Of a stretch of 64,000 nt of DNA, positions 34,960 through 44,863 are shown one piece after another. The DNA is from a virus. Where the stretch lies: the IMG/VR virus record IMGVR_UViG_3300046370_000585, positions 6,697 through 70,696 of that record, one strand, 5' to 3'. How positions within the stretch are numbered: position 1 is the first letter of the stretch; each line of letters starts with the position of its first letter. The notes under the pieces were generated by a model, which was given only the letters and a program-made list of their open reading frames with translations, was not told the origin of the DNA and searched no databases. A program made the translations under genes and the position numbers.

Positions 34960-35210
34960 ACCTAAACTAGACTACATACTATGACACAATCCAAAATCAG
35001 AGAAGAAATTCTACAACTTGTAAGAGGTAACCTTGCATGGGCAGACCCAATGTCAAAAGTATGCCTAGATCAAAATCAATTGCATCCAAAAAAGTTTCCA
35101 ATTGGAAGTACATTTCAGTCCGCAGAAGAAGTCTTGGAAGACATCATTTGTGACTTGACATCCCTCCAAAATGAGCTTAGGATAGAAGCATCTTTTCAAT
35201 CAGCACAGCT

Positions 35211-35612
35211 ATGAAAACATTATACATCGTAAGAGGACTTCCAGGAAGTGGCAAGTCTAGCCTAGCAAAGAAAGTTACAGAGTTAGTATACTCTGCTGAC
35301 GACTTCTTCACCAACAAGAAAGGGGAATACAATTTCAATGCCAAATTGCTTGGAAAAGCACATGAATGGTGTTGGGGCAAAGTAAGAGATGCAATGTTCA
35401 TTGGAGTAGAAGCAGTTGCCGTTGCCAATACCTTTACTCAAGCATGGGAGGCAGAAAAGTATTATAAGATTGCAGAAGAGTATGGATACTCTGTCTTTGT
35501 AATTGAATGTCAAAATAACTTCGGTAATGTTCATGATGTGCCTCAAGAAAGTATTGACGCAATGAAAAAAAGATGGGAAAAAGACTTGACTCCTGTCGGC
35601 AATCTGTCATAA
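35211..35612 (+). CDS. P-loop kinase (AAA_33 / N4BP2-like polynucleotide kinase)
   Basis: IVRGLPGSGKS, SADDFF, AHEWC, VANTF and NVHDVP...MKKRWE. Confidence 0.8.
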   Translation: MKTLYIVRGLPGSGKSSLAKKVTELVYSADDFFTNKKGEYNFNAKLLGKAHEWCWGKVRDAMFIGVEAVAVANTFTQAWEAEKYYKIAEEYGYSVFVIECQNNFGNVHDVPQESIDAMKKRWEKDLTPVGNLS

Positions 35613-35643
35613 TTGAACATATAACACTAACAAAGGATACATT

Positions 35644-36057
35644 ATGGGATTAGATCAATACGCATATGCAACAACCGACGAGTTACCTAACTCTGAATTG
35701 GAACTTGCATATTGGAGAAAACACAATAGACTGCAAGGTTGGATGGAAGATCTTTGGATCGACAAAGGCAAACCTAATGCAAAGAAAGACCCTAGCCCTA
35801 TGGGTGATTTCAATTGCATACCTCTTGAGCTTACATTGTCAGATTTAGAGCAACTTGAAGCTCATATAGAGAATAAACAATTGCCTGCCACATTAGGCTT
35901 TTTCTTTGGGGAGGACTCTTATGAAACTAAAACAGAAGACGGAGAAACTTATCAAGAAAACGATTACGCTTACAAAGAAGAAGACCTAGCCTTTATAGAA
36001 AAGGCTCGACAAGCAATCACAGACGGCAAAAAAGTATTTTACAATTGTTGGTGGTAA
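35644..36057 (+). CDS. Phage hypothetical protein
   Basis: MGLDQY...YWRKHNRLQGW...GFFFG...YNCWW; AAGGA Shine-Dalgarno. Confidence 0.7.
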   Translation: MGLDQYAYATTDELPNSELELAYWRKHNRLQGWMEDLWIDKGKPNAKKDPSPMGDFNCIPLELTLSDLEQLEAHIENKQLPATLGFFFGEDSYETKTEDGETYQENDYAYKEEDLAFIEKARQAITDGKKVFYNCWW

Positions 36058-37182
36058 AAAATGAAATTGCTAAAAGAAATTATTGACCATTGGGGTTTTG
36101 TAGACTCAAGACAATTGCCCGAACTAGTAAAACATTTCCCTAACACTCCTCTTGTTATCAAGTGGGGAGGTATGCCAAGGGAACAAGTCGCTGCATCAAA
36201 AGTAGCTAGACGCATAGAAGAAGTTGAACAGTCAGGTAAAGACTATGTCCGTGAAGTCTTCATGTGTGCTAAACAAATGAACAACATCAAAGAAGTTTTT
36301 GGATTGACAGATTGATCTTAATTTGAAAGAATATTATCATGCAGAACATAAAAGAAGATATACAAAATCAAATCCGAAAAGTATTATTTGCTTATCCTAT
36401 CAAGTCTGAGATTGTTGAGGAAGTATGCCAAGTTGTTGAGCAAAACTTTCAAAACTATCCTTCGGGAAACCTCTCAGATTTACACTCGGATACTAAAGAT
36501 CAAAATCGTTATGTCGATAAAGATGCTGACATCGACATGCTCAACCAAATGTACAACCAAACGCTATAACTATGAATGAATACGACCAATATATTGATGC
36601 AGTTGTCTCAGAAGACGAACTCGGCACGCTACCTCCTTTAGACTCTAAGCCCGAATACGATGTTGATTCGGATACATGGGCATTACATTTTGAGTATGAA
36701 GATCCTTATACAGGAGGAAACGACATGGTTACCTTGCATTTTGACACCGAGCAAGGCGCAATCTTAACTGCAAACAAAATTATAAGCGATAGACATATAG
36801 CTATGTTAGAATTAGACAGAAAAAAAGCAGAAAACAGTCTTGACAAAAACCCTCAACAATGAGATAATTATAGCATGAAAAATCAAACGAATACGCTAGA
36901 AAAAACAATCACTAACCTTCTTGCTCGCGGAACAGCGATCGCAAGTTTTGATTATAATGGTTCCGCAAGGAATGTCGTTATTGGAGCTAAGGCTTCATCA
37001 GGAGATGACAGAGTTTGGGGAGTAATGAATAATCGAGCAATTATAGAACATAGAGGAAGAAAGTATTTATCCGCAAGAGTCAACAATGACATTGGATATG
37101 TAAAAGCTTTTTCCTTAGATAAAATTTCCAATTTTCAAGTAGATGGTTCTGTAGTATAGCCGTTGGTTAGTGGTGTGTTCAT

Positions 37183-37212
37183 GCGGAAGGTCTTCGGGCC
37201 TTCCGCTTTTTT
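37183..37212 (+). terminator. Rho-independent terminator
   Basis: GCGGAAGGTC-TTCG-GGCCTTCCGC followed by TTTTTT. Confidence 0.9.
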
Positions 37213-37220
37213 GTTTGTGA

Positions 37221-37243
37221 AAATCGCCCGCCGATTTTGTGCC
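37221..37243 (+). repeat. Palindromic intergenic element, copy 3
   Basis: AAATCGCCCGCCGATTTTGTGCC. Confidence 0.9.
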
Positions 37244-37369
37244 TCATTTTGGCAATATTTGAGACAGAAGAGGGTTTGTGTTTCATTTATGCATCACAAG
37301 AATAAAAAAAAGTATCGAACTAAGATTTTTTTTCTTGCAATTATCTTAGATTTTGTCATACTTATATAC

Positions 37370-37495
37370 ATGAAGGCAAGAGAGATAAAGATAAGAAAAC
37401 AAATTCTTTTCACCAAGTCTCGCCCACACAAGGTAAAGAAGAACACACTACATCGCAAACGCAAACACAAGGAGAACTTACATCATGTATCTTAA
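37370..37495 (+). CDS. Small basic peptide (41 aa)
   Basis: MKAREIKIRKQILFTKSRPHKVKKNTLHRKRKHKENLHHVS. TTGCAA lies 35 nt before the ATG. Confidence 0.6.
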   Translation: MKAREIKIRKQILFTKSRPHKVKKNTLHRKRKHKENLHHVS

Positions 37496-37780
37496 CGAAG
37501 AATACAACGAAGACAAAATCGAGAACGCACTTGACGCAAACGATCAAGCAATGGACTTGGTTTACAATGCAGTTATCGCCCCTATGGAAGATAAGCTAGA
37601 CGAGAAGCAAGCCTACGCTGTTGCCATTGCAGGTGCAGTCCTCAAGACTATCGCTCAAAAGGCATACGCTTACGAACAAATGCAAAAAGGTCAAGATTTG
37701 CGAAATTAGTGCTTGACTATCGCACGCATTTTTGAGATAATTATAACCATAATCAAGATAACCTAATACGAAAAAAAATT

Positions 37781-38533
37781 ATGAATAGACTAAACCTAAA
37801 CATCTGTGGTGGAGAACATACTAAAGTCGGCTTCGATGAAGTCTGTGCAGTGGAGACTCCACAAGCAACTGACACATGGCGACCAATTAGCCATAGCTAC
37901 CTTATCGACAGAGTTCGTTCTCATCTCGATGACAATGGCTACGATATTGTAGCTGAGAATCATAACCTCGCTCGCTTCGGGCAACGCTACTTTGGATTGT
38001 TTCAAGTTAGCAGTAAAGATCGCCAAGAAGGCGATAGAGGCACAATCCTAGGTCTTCGCAATGCTCACGACAAGTGCTTCCCTGCAGGACTTTGTGCAGG
38101 TGACGCCCCTTTTGTTTGTGACAACCTTGTTTTTCACAACGAGATTGTCCTTGCTCGTAGGCATACCAAGAATATCATGACTGACCTTCCTCAAGTCATT
38201 GCTCGCACCATCGGCAAATTGTCGGGTATGTGGAATACTCAAGACAAGCGAATCGAGTCCTACAAAGACTACGAGGTCACCAATGCTCAAGCGAATGATC
38301 TTGTCATTCGTGCTTACCAAGCAGGAGCAATTAGCAAGGCAAAAATTGCTGATGTCGTTGACCAATGGGAAACTCCCGAACATCCCGAATTCAAGGATCG
38401 CAATATGAATTCCTTGTACAACGGATTCACGGCAGTCCTTCGTGGAGGGGTCATGCAGTTACCAAAGCGTTCTGACGCTCTGCACTCTGTTCTTGACTCT
38501 GAAGTCGGACTTACTCTCGCAACCAAATCTTAA
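37781..38533 (+). CDS. DUF932-family phage/plasmid protein
   Basis: TWRPISH, RYFGLF, LGLRNAHDK, FVCDNL, RRHTK and SLYNGFT. Confidence 0.65.
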   Translation: MNRLNLNICGGEHTKVGFDEVCAVETPQATDTWRPISHSYLIDRVRSHLDDNGYDIVAENHNLARFGQRYFGLFQVSSKDRQEGDRGTILGLRNAHDKCFPAGLCAGDAPFVCDNLVFHNEIVLARRHTKNIMTDLPQVIARTIGKLSGMWNTQDKRIESYKDYEVTNAQANDLVIRAYQAGAISKAKIADVVDQWETPEHPEFKDRNMNSLYNGFTAVLRGGVMQLPKRSDALHSVLDSEVGLTLATKS

Positions 38534-38854
38534 TCATAAACCATAAGGAATAACTGATATGAAACATAAAAACCTCTCATCCGTTCTCAATAACCTCCAA
38601 GGGCGATTCGTTTCAGTTCTTGTCAAAGATGGCGTAAATCGTCATTCTTATTCGGCAAAATTGAAAAGTCATAGTTCTCAAGTGGTAACTTTTGTAGATA
38701 CCAATGAACCAAAAGGACGAATCTTTCGTAAGGTGCGTAGGTCAGCCATTCTTGGGCTGAAAAGTGGAAAAGATTCTTTTCGAAGAACTAAATCCATTTA
38801 GGTTAGTAGTCAAATAGGCGAATTAGCAAATAGGCAAATACGCCAATAAATACG

Positions 38855-38884
38855 GAGCCCCGAGGAGTTATCTCCTTGGGGCTC
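38855..38884 (+). terminator. Strong hairpin, probable terminator
   Basis: GAGCCCCGAGGAG-TTAT-CTCCTTGGGGCTC, after ORF 38559-38801. Confidence 0.7.
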
Positions 38885-38894
38885 AATGGTTTGC

Positions 38895-38920
38895 AAAATC
38901 GCCCGCCGATTTCGTGCCAA
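38895..38920 (+). repeat. Palindromic intergenic element, copy 4
   Basis: AAAATCGCCCGCCGATTTCGTGCCAA. Confidence 0.92.
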
Positions 38921-39114
38921 AACTTTTTTTGTAATTTTATCAATTTTTGCTTGCGTTTATTTCAATTTGTGTCATTATAGAGGAATGATAGAACTTATTA
39001 TGATTGTATTTTTTTCGTTCCTGTTAGCTATAAAAAGTCCAAATTTTAGTTGACAAACTTTAAAGATTCGCTTATTGTATTACTTATAACATTAAAACAC
39101 TAAACCTAAAAAAC

Positions 39115-39750
39115 ATGATTGCAGAAAAAATTGACACAAAACTTATAGAAGACTCTCTTAACTCCGTATCCTCTAACGGCATGACTCATCATGGTTATGC
39201 TTTCGAGGAATTTCTTATTCTTGCTTTAGGCTTTACTGAGCAAGATGGCACTCCTTATCGTTCAATTAGAGAAGGTGGCACTCAGAAGCATAATCAAGAT
39301 TTTGATATCCCTGCTGATGTTGTCGCTCGTAATCCAATTATACCTCAAAACTTGCAAGGTAATTGGTCTATAAAGGCTTGCGAGCATGGTAAAACAATTG
39401 GTTTAGGCATGGCAAACAATCAGTACAATGCATGGGCAAAAGACGGACTTATTCAAGCAATCGTTTTCTACAAGAAAGCTGATGATAGAAAAGTTGTTAG
39501 TCATTTTTCTATTCATCGTATTGAGCCATCTGTCAAATTTTGGGGCAACATTTCTAAGGAAATGATTGACAACATCGACCCAATGCTTCGCAAGGATAAG
39601 TCAATTGCATGGTCTAAAGATGAGACAAAGAAAGTAAACAGAATTGCAAACGGCATGATTGGTTTGCGTAACATCTCAAGGGAAAGCGTAGGTAGTCGCA
39701 ACCTGCAATGTTACATGACTTTCAACAATTATATGCAATTAGTTGCTTGA
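39115..39750 (+). CDS. Putative PD-(D/E)xK restriction-endonuclease-like protein
   Basis: HGYAFEE...DFDIP...WSIKA spacing resembles type II REase cores; this is only a weak motif-level match. Confidence 0.4.
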   Translation: MIAEKIDTKLIEDSLNSVSSNGMTHHGYAFEEFLILALGFTEQDGTPYRSIREGGTQKHNQDFDIPADVVARNPIIPQNLQGNWSIKACEHGKTIGLGMANNQYNAWAKDGLIQAIVFYKKADDRKVVSHFSIHRIEPSVKFWGNISKEMIDNIDPMLRKDKSIAWSKDETKKVNRIANGMIGLRNISRESVGSRNLQCYMTFNNYMQLVA

Positions 39751-39781
39751 CAAAAACCCTTTAATCTGAAAGAATAAAATT

Positions 39782-40012
39782 ATGGAAAACAACACTACAT
39801 ACAACGGATGGAAAAATTGGGCAACTTGGAATGTTGCTCTTTGGTTAGCTAACGACGAAGATCTATACAGAATTTCTCGTAGATTTGTAAACTACAAAGA
39901 TCTTGCAAATGCTCTTGAGGATTTTGGCATGAAAGTCACGCCTGATGGAGCGAGCTACCAAGATAAAGACCTTGATACTTACGCTCTTGATGAGTGGCTA
40001 ATGGATGAATAA
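39782..40012 (+). CDS. Small phage protein (YNGWxNxxTWNVxLW type)
   Basis: YNGWKNWATWNVALWLANDEDLY; leaderless promoter at 39747. Confidence 0.7.
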   Translation: MENNTTYNGWKNWATWNVALWLANDEDLYRISRRFVNYKDLANALEDFGMKVTPDGASYQDKDLDTYALDEWLMDE

Positions 40013-40022
40013 ACTGTGGCGA

Positions 40023-40056
40023 TTGGCATAAAAATCGCCCGCCGATTTCGTGCCAA
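40023..40056 (+). repeat. Palindromic intergenic element, copy 5 (full 34 bp)
   Basis: TTGGCATAAAAATCGCCCGCCGATTTCGTGCCAA. Confidence 0.95.
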
Positions 40057-40849
40057 CTTTACCTCTAAAAAAAATCGCATTTTGTGAATAACTTTATCAC
40101 TTTTTTCTTGCAATTACCAAAAAACTATGCTACCTTGTAGGTATATGATTAAGACTACTACATACAAAAAAGGAGATGTTCTGATCTCTCGTGACAACCA
40201 AGTTCTTCAGTTCAAGGGAACTTTCAACCATCCCGAACTCGGCAAGATTGCTAAGGTTCGAATTTACAACACGAACCGAGAGGTCGGCATCCGTTTCGAA
40301 GATGTCAAACTTCATCCATTTTTTTCTTAACTTAGGGGTTGACAAAAACCATTTTATTTGATTGAATACAATTATGACAGAATCACAAAGACTAGAACTC
40401 ATCGCTAACGCAGTCGCCAAGACTAACAAAAAAGTTGCTCCTCAGTTTGAGGATTTACTTGCAGACCTTCTCTCAGAAAAACTTGTTGTTGAGCATGGCT
40501 TGACAGAAGCAAAAGAAGATGACATTAAGGAGGAATTTGTTTCTCTCGATGCCGTTGGAAGTGACTCCGAGAAGGAGGACTTTGATAATGACGAAAATCT
40601 TGTCGATATGAATTGCCGAAGCTCTTTTTGGCAAGAAATTGAATCCTAAACGAAAGGAAAATTATGCTAATCCTACAATCAATCCCATTTTCGAATAAAG
40701 CAGGTTGGGTAACCGAGTCAATCCCAATGTATAAGAAGCAAGCTGAGGCTTTGCTCAAAATGCGAACCCTTGGCAACAAGGGCAAGAACCGAAGGCGGTA
40801 CAGACTCATAAAAGCTGAGTAAATAGCTCAGCAACAATACTTTGCGCGA

Positions 40850-40883
40850 TTGGTACAAAAATCGCTGGCCGATTTCGTGCCAA
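40850..40883 (+). repeat. Palindromic intergenic element, copy 6 (full length, between convergent genes)
   Basis: TTGGTACAAAAATCGCTGGCCGATTTCGTGCCAA. Confidence 0.93.
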
Positions 40884-41886
40884 CTTTTATATTATTCGTA
40901 AAGTCCGTCCCTAGCAAGGGAAAGTTCTTGGAGAATTTTGTTATACTCTTTTCTTGCTTTTCGTATTGCGTGCAAGGCATCTTGCACCGCTTCGCCTTGA
41001 GTCATAGTCTGCATTTCTGCCTCAGCCAAAAACTTTAAGTTTCCCTCAGCTTTGGACATTGCTAAAGCACATTCAAGTGCAGGATATCTTTTTTTTATTT
41101 TTTTCATATTTAGCAAGCCTTTTGAAAAACAACATTGAAGCGAAACTGATTAAGACCTTCGTCCCTCATGATTCTATTGAGATGAGACTGACTCGATGCA
41201 GTACGAACGCGTGGGCGATCATTGCCATCGGAATCGACGCCTTGATCGAAAATTTTTACTGCCCAATGAGTTGACCACTCTTGGATTCTAACTTGTATTT
41301 TATCTTTTAGCATAACTAACTATCGCATATTTTATTACTGAAGTCAAATTTTTTTTCAATTATTTTTCCACTCCCAAAGTTCGGGGTGAGAGTTCCAATG
41401 AAAAAAGAACCTTCCGTCTGATGTTTTCGCAACACTTTTTTCGTAATCCGAAGGTTCAACTCCGTACTTAAGGCGAAAGTTTGCTTCTGAAGTAGAGATT
41501 TGAAGATCTTTTTTGAGCTTAACAATTTCACCCATTGTAGGTCGATAAGTTTTATTTTTGAATACTCTAACCCTCTTCGGTTTAGTTTTATCAAAGTTCG
41601 TTGGCTTCGATTGAAATCGGTCAGGGGCATAGGCATTCCAAAGCTTTGCAACTTCATCAGCCGAAGCTTGTTTAGTATTGACTAAAGTGTTTGCAACATT
41701 TTGCAATTGCTTGCGTTCGTTGCGTCCGCGATTCCAAACGGAGTGGTCATCTGAATAGTCGTAAAACCAATCGTGAGACTTTAAGTCATTAGTGAATTCG
41801 GTTAGTAGGTTATTTATCATATAACATAAATGTAAACAAATTTTAGTAAAATTGCAAGCACAAAATGCGTTTTTGGTGATTTTTTT

Positions 41887-41912
41887 TTGGCATAAAAATC
41901 GCGGGGCGATTT
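41887..41912 (-). repeat. Palindromic intergenic element, copy 7
   Basis: TTGGCATAAAAATCGCGGGGCGATTT (as read on the + strand). Confidence 0.9.
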
Positions 41913-42152
41913 GACCCTCAAAAGTCATGTTGGGCATGATACCCGTAGTCAATGTCCTCTTGCTCCTCGAAGTCAAGAAGAGCAATCCTGTCTTGCAGGT
42001 CGCCAATTTCATTGCGAATCGCGACTCGGTCTGCAACCGAAAGAACGCAGTCCTTAAGGGTTTCGTGAAGGATAGAGATTTCTTTGAGCATTTCTGATTT
42101 AGTCATAAGTATAATCTAACACAAATTTTTATAAAGTCAAACTTTTTTTGCT

Positions 42153-42171
42153 AAAAAATCGCGGGGCGATT
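42153..42171 (-). repeat. Palindromic intergenic element, copy 8
   Basis: AAAAAATCGCGGGGCGATT (as read on the + strand). Confidence 0.85.
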
Positions 42172-42550
42172 GCCCCCGCCTAGAATATCTCTAGGTCGGG
42201 TTGTGCTGTATCGCTTGCGAACCAGTCGGAAGCGTTTATTATTTCACCGTTCAACACGGGCTCGAATTTGAATTGGTAAACGCCCGCGTTTGCTATGCCG
42301 TTAACGCGTTCGCGTGTGGTCGGTGTGTTCCAGCCTGCGAGCGACCAACGGACTAACCCATCAGGATCACGCTTAACAATTGCGTTGCCATGCAACCAAA
42401 CGGTGTTTCCGTCTGTCCTAGTGTTGCCAACTTTTTTGGCTACGCGTTGCTCGAATGCTTGTTTGATTTGTTCTGTAACTTTTCTCATATAATTATAAAC
42501 TAAAGCAGATAAAGCTAAATTGCAAGCAAAAAGATAATTTTTTTCAAAAA

Positions 42551-42576
42551 AAAATCGCGGGCCGATTTCGTGCCAA
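42551..42576 (+). repeat. Palindromic intergenic element, copy 9 (between divergent genes)
   Basis: AAAATCGCGGGCCGATTTCGTGCCAA. Confidence 0.92.
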
Positions 42577-42817
42577 TTAAAAAAGTTTATTTTACGAAAA
42601 AAAGTGTTGACTTAGCTTCCCATTTGTGCATAATGGTATACATGAACGCTAAAGAAAGAATGAATGAATGGAAAAAGCTTCCTTCGAATACTATTGCTTG
42701 GGAAACTTTCAAACGGCTAGTATCTCAGTTCGGAATGGACGAAGGTATCAAGAAAGCCCAAAAGATAATTGAAAAAAAAGGTTGACAAACACACATAAAA
42801 ACTGATAGGATTACATC

Positions 42818-43540
42818 ATGCTAAAAACTACATTGCTTACATCAGGAAACCAAAAAATTCTCAAAGGCGAAAAACTTGGTTATATAACAAAAGGTATTCA
42901 TCTTGCCCCAGCAAATCTTGCGGGCTACGAAGTTTGCCAATGGCGATCAAAGGGTTGCACTATGGCTTGTCTTAACACGGCAGGTCGTGGACAAATGAAT
43001 TCTGTGCAACAATCACGCATTGCCAAGACAAAACTCTTTTTTGAGCAAAAAACTGATTTTCTTGCTAAACTTGCAAAAGAAATCACATCTACCATAAAAA
43101 GCTCAATCAAGAAAGAAATGCAAGCGGTATTCCGTCTCAATCTCACAAGCGACATTATGTGGGAAAGCGAAAAAGACTTGCAAGGAAAAACAATTTTTGA
43201 GCAATTCAAAGATACCATGTTTTACGATTACACAAAGTCGTTCAAACGCATGACAAACTTTCTTTCAAAAGAAAAAAACTTTCCATCAAACTATCACTTA
43301 ACTTTCAGCCGTTCGGAGCATAACGACAAACTTTGCGAAATGGTTCTCGAAATGGGTGGTAATGTTGCCGTGGTATTTAGGAATCAACTTCCGCAAACTT
43401 GGAAGGGTTGCGAAGTTGTAAATGGCGACGAAACGGACTTGCGTTTTCTCGACAAAAAAGGTGTGGTCGTCGGGCTTATCGAAAAAGGTATGGCAAAGAA
43501 AGATGAAACAGGATTTGTTCAAGAAGGAATTGACTCTTGA
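42818..43540 (+). CDS. gp88-like phage protein (Cys cluster CxxxxxxCxxxC)
   Basis: CQWRSKGCTMACLNTAGRG, RLNLTSDI, FYDYTK, NYHLTFSRSE and GDETDLRFLD. Confidence 0.6.
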   Translation: MLKTTLLTSGNQKILKGEKLGYITKGIHLAPANLAGYEVCQWRSKGCTMACLNTAGRGQMNSVQQSRIAKTKLFFEQKTDFLAKLAKEITSTIKSSIKKEMQAVFRLNLTSDIMWESEKDLQGKTIFEQFKDTMFYDYTKSFKRMTNFLSKEKNFPSNYHLTFSRSEHNDKLCEMVLEMGGNVAVVFRNQLPQTWKGCEVVNGDETDLRFLDKKGVVVGLIEKGMAKKDETGFVQEGIDS

Positions 43541-43741
43541 CAAAACAACTTAACTCAACTATTATTTCAACATGAATGACACTTATTACGACTCAGCAGA
43601 AGGAATAACCTTATCACAAGAAGAAGCCTTTGGGGTGCTTGCCCAACATGGTTGCCAAGAACTTGATGAATTTTTTCAAGACATGGGTGACAAAGAAGAA
43701 TATGACGCACAGAAAGTTTTAGAGTGGCTAGGGTATTGAAA

Positions 43742-43775
43742 TTGGCATAAAAATCGCCCGCCGATTTCGTGCCAA
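43742..43775 (+). repeat. Palindromic intergenic element, copy 10 (identical to copy 5)
   Basis: TTGGCATAAAAATCGCCCGCCGATTTCGTGCCAA. Confidence 0.95.
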
Positions 43776-44863
43776 GTTGTAGACTTAACTTTTTTTATTT
43801 TTTTTTGCGATTAGGTGTTGACATATTCCTTCAAGGGGTTTATATTACTTATATGAACACTAAAAAAGAATTACAAGAGATTATCCAACAAAACACTGAA
43901 GCTGCAGAACTTGGCTGTGCTTTTTCTCGCATGAAAATTATAAATGCCCAAGCAGAACTAGATAAAATTGAAAGTCAATCCAAGGAATCTGTTTTGGAAT
44001 TATTTTCTCAACAACAAAGAAATTTAGTTGAATTTAGCTTGACATTCTGAACCAAAACATTAGGATTATATTTACTATGAAAATTCAACAAGAAATCTCT
44101 CGACTAACTTCAACGCTTCAAGCCCTCACTCAACAAAGACTTCTCGCTCTTCGTGAGGGTAAACATTCCGAAGCCAATCAGATTGCCTCTGTGCAAGTTG
44201 ATATTGATAACAAGATTCAAGAGCTAGAAAAAAAGATATAATTTTAGCTTGACACTCCAACCATATTACTACATACTGATATTATGATTACGATAAAAAG
44301 ACACCCAAACCTTGATAATTGGATAAACATTAGCTTCTTTGGTAAGCTCATTGAGCAAACTACTTCGAGGGCTAAAGCATTGCGTCTTGCGACTGCACTC
44401 TCTCGAAAGAATAACGATGTTGTTATTCATGACCTTGACGAACTACCTATTCACCTAAGATCAAGCAACTCATGAGTAACTTGCAAAAATCATTAGAAAT
44501 TGATAATCCTTTTGTGTTGACTTGTATTGATGGCAAGGCAATTATTATGCGAAAAGATAATCCTATTTATAACCCTTTACAAAACGACAGAATTCTTTCT
44601 ATTGATTGCGTTCTCGCCAATTCAGAAAGACTGACAGAGATTAAGGAAGGAATATTTTATTTGTCATGATTGATAAGATTTTATTTTGTTTGTCGATGCT
44701 TTATCTTTGTTTTGTTGGATCTTGCTTTCTTTTTGGTTGTGCAATGTTTGCAGAAGTAATTAGCAAAGGATTCTAATGAGTTGGGATATTTTACTTTTCT
44801 TGCCGTGGCTTTGGGTGTTCTGGGTTATGTGGCAAGACCTAGCAAGGGACTGAAAGAGGTAAG

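Larger units (their letters stand above)
40892..42488 (-). other. Inverted block of five small early-type CDSs
   Basis: ORFs 40892-41116, 41110-41313, 41356-41820, 41918-42106 and 42180-42488. Minus-strand TTGACT/TTGCAA boxes lie 34-37 nt before the ATGs at 41313, 41820, 42106 and 42488. Confidence 0.75.
5634..44284 (+). promoter_or_regulatory. More than 20 sigma70-type promoters, mostly leaderless
   Basis: TTGACA/TTGACT/TTGCAA sits 34-37 nt before the ATG. Pairs (-35/ATG): 11482/11517, 19127/19162, 21267/21301, 22506/22541, 28525/28560, 29968/30003, 30821/30856, 31273/31308, 33118/33154, 34456/34492, 34945/34981, 36304/36339, 36840/36875, 39747/39782, 40339/40374, 42607/42642, 42782/42818, 43537/43572, 43818/43853, 44249/44284. 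Confidence 0.85.

Noticed and set aside
37163-37369. 5' extension of ORF 37163-37495 (and similar extensions at 41821-42036, 42570 and 43769)
   Set aside because: They run through terminators, the palindromic element or promoters. The likely starts are the leaderless ATGs.
38811-38850. Short CAAATAGGC-like repeats before the 38855 hairpin
   Set aside because: Two to three degenerate copies at a single locus, with no supportable function.
30747-43775. CRISPR array interpretation of the 34-bp palindromic repeat
   Set aside because: The intervals are 0.25-3.7 kb and contain whole genes rather than 30-40 bp spacers, and no cas genes are seen.
30747-43775. Classical integron attC sites
   Set aside because: There are no RYYYAAC/GTTRRRY boxes, the element is shorter than attC, the cassettes carry their own promoters and no integrase is in the window.
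30747-43775. The element as a simple intrinsic terminator or N4-type hairpin promoter
   Set aside because: Separate terminator hairpins precede several copies and one copy lies between divergent genes. The sequence, not just the pairing, is conserved, and downstream genes already have sigma70 promoters. Not fully excluded.
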